DNA of 63,669 nt, filler included, from Octopus bimaculoides (taxonomy: Eukaryota): the NCBI RefSeq assembly GCF_001194135.2. It is 4 parts of 4 records of this genome, joined end to end, with 100 filler letters (N's around TTAATTAATTAA, not from the genome) between each part and the next. Parts side by side here need not be neighbours in the genome. Positions count along the whole stretch, not along the records: positions 62,469 to 63,669 come from NC_068982.1; 3 more parts are not named here. The stretch is one strand, 5' to 3'. The notes below the pieces were generated by a model. It did no database searches. It saw nothing but the letters and a program-made list of their open reading frames with translations, and was not told the DNA's origin. Each line of letters opens with the position of its first letter. Position 1 is the first letter of the stretch. Shown piece by piece: positions 63,203 through 63,669 of this stretch. Both the position numbers and the translations under genes were made by a program.

Positions 63203-63669
63203 CGACAAAGTAGTCGATCCTGCCCAATATGTTAGTGGAGGAAGCTGTCTAACCGGTGAAGAACACCCGAAACAAGAAGTTTCTCACACTAAATACGAAG
63301 ATTACATACTCTTAACAAAACCTTTAATAATCCATAATTTATGAGGTTGAGACACGTAACACCAATGACGGCACGCATGATAGTTTAACAATATTTGGAC
63401 ATAATGTTTCGTCTCATCACATTCCGGGTCTCTTTGTTCTTTGGCTTTGGATTTACATCCTCTCTTATTAGAGTGGGTTAATTTCTAACTTGTTGTATAC
63501 GACGACAAAGTAGTCGATCCTGCCCAATATGTTAGTGGAGGAAGCTGTCTAACCGGTGAAGAACACCCGAAACAAGAAGTTTCTCACACTAAATACGAAG
63601 ATTACATACTCTTAACAAAACCTTTAATAATCCATAATTTATGAGGTTGAGACACGTAACACCAATGAC
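63203..63669. repeat. Identical direct duplication at a 300-bp offset (63203-63369 = 63503-63669, running off the window)
   Basis: 167 bp of exact identity. Confidence 0.9.

Noticed and set aside
1-63669. CRISPR array, rRNA or prokaryotic operon
   Set aside because: No repeat-spacer array, rRNA-like sequence or gene-dense region is present. The sequence is eukaryotic repeat-rich DNA.

Overview
AT-rich, microsatellite-dense, gapped eukaryotic genomic DNA. The SINE families, the TE mix and the TTAATTAATTAA gap spacers suggest a cephalopod, probably an Octopus draft assembly (inference). I recognise one host exon, 2842-3220 (+). It has canonical splice sites and encodes the CPI and CSI motifs of a CARMIL/LRRC16 capping-protein regulator. 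The rest looks like intronic or intergenic repeat DNA: decayed mariner and maT transposases, RTE, CR1, R4/Dong-type and Penelope retroelement fragments, two Helitron helicase remnants, MITEs and many tRNA-derived SINEs. The most unusual region is 7.1-13.9 kb. A 343-bp unit carries a minimal type I hammerhead ribozyme (HHR) at the tip of a ~140-nt hairpin. The start of a second unit is interrupted by two head-to-tail Tx1-clade LINE-type elements, one ORF1-only and one ORF1+ORF2. Both begin right after the same GCTAGCAAGCCA motif, consistent with sequence-specific targeting of a ribozyme-bearing repeat. Three more HHR motifs lie on the + strand, including one in the tail of a tRNA-headed SINE and one inside a ~190-bp inverted repeat. 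All family calls come from motifs recalled from memory, with no database search. TE boundaries are approximate.
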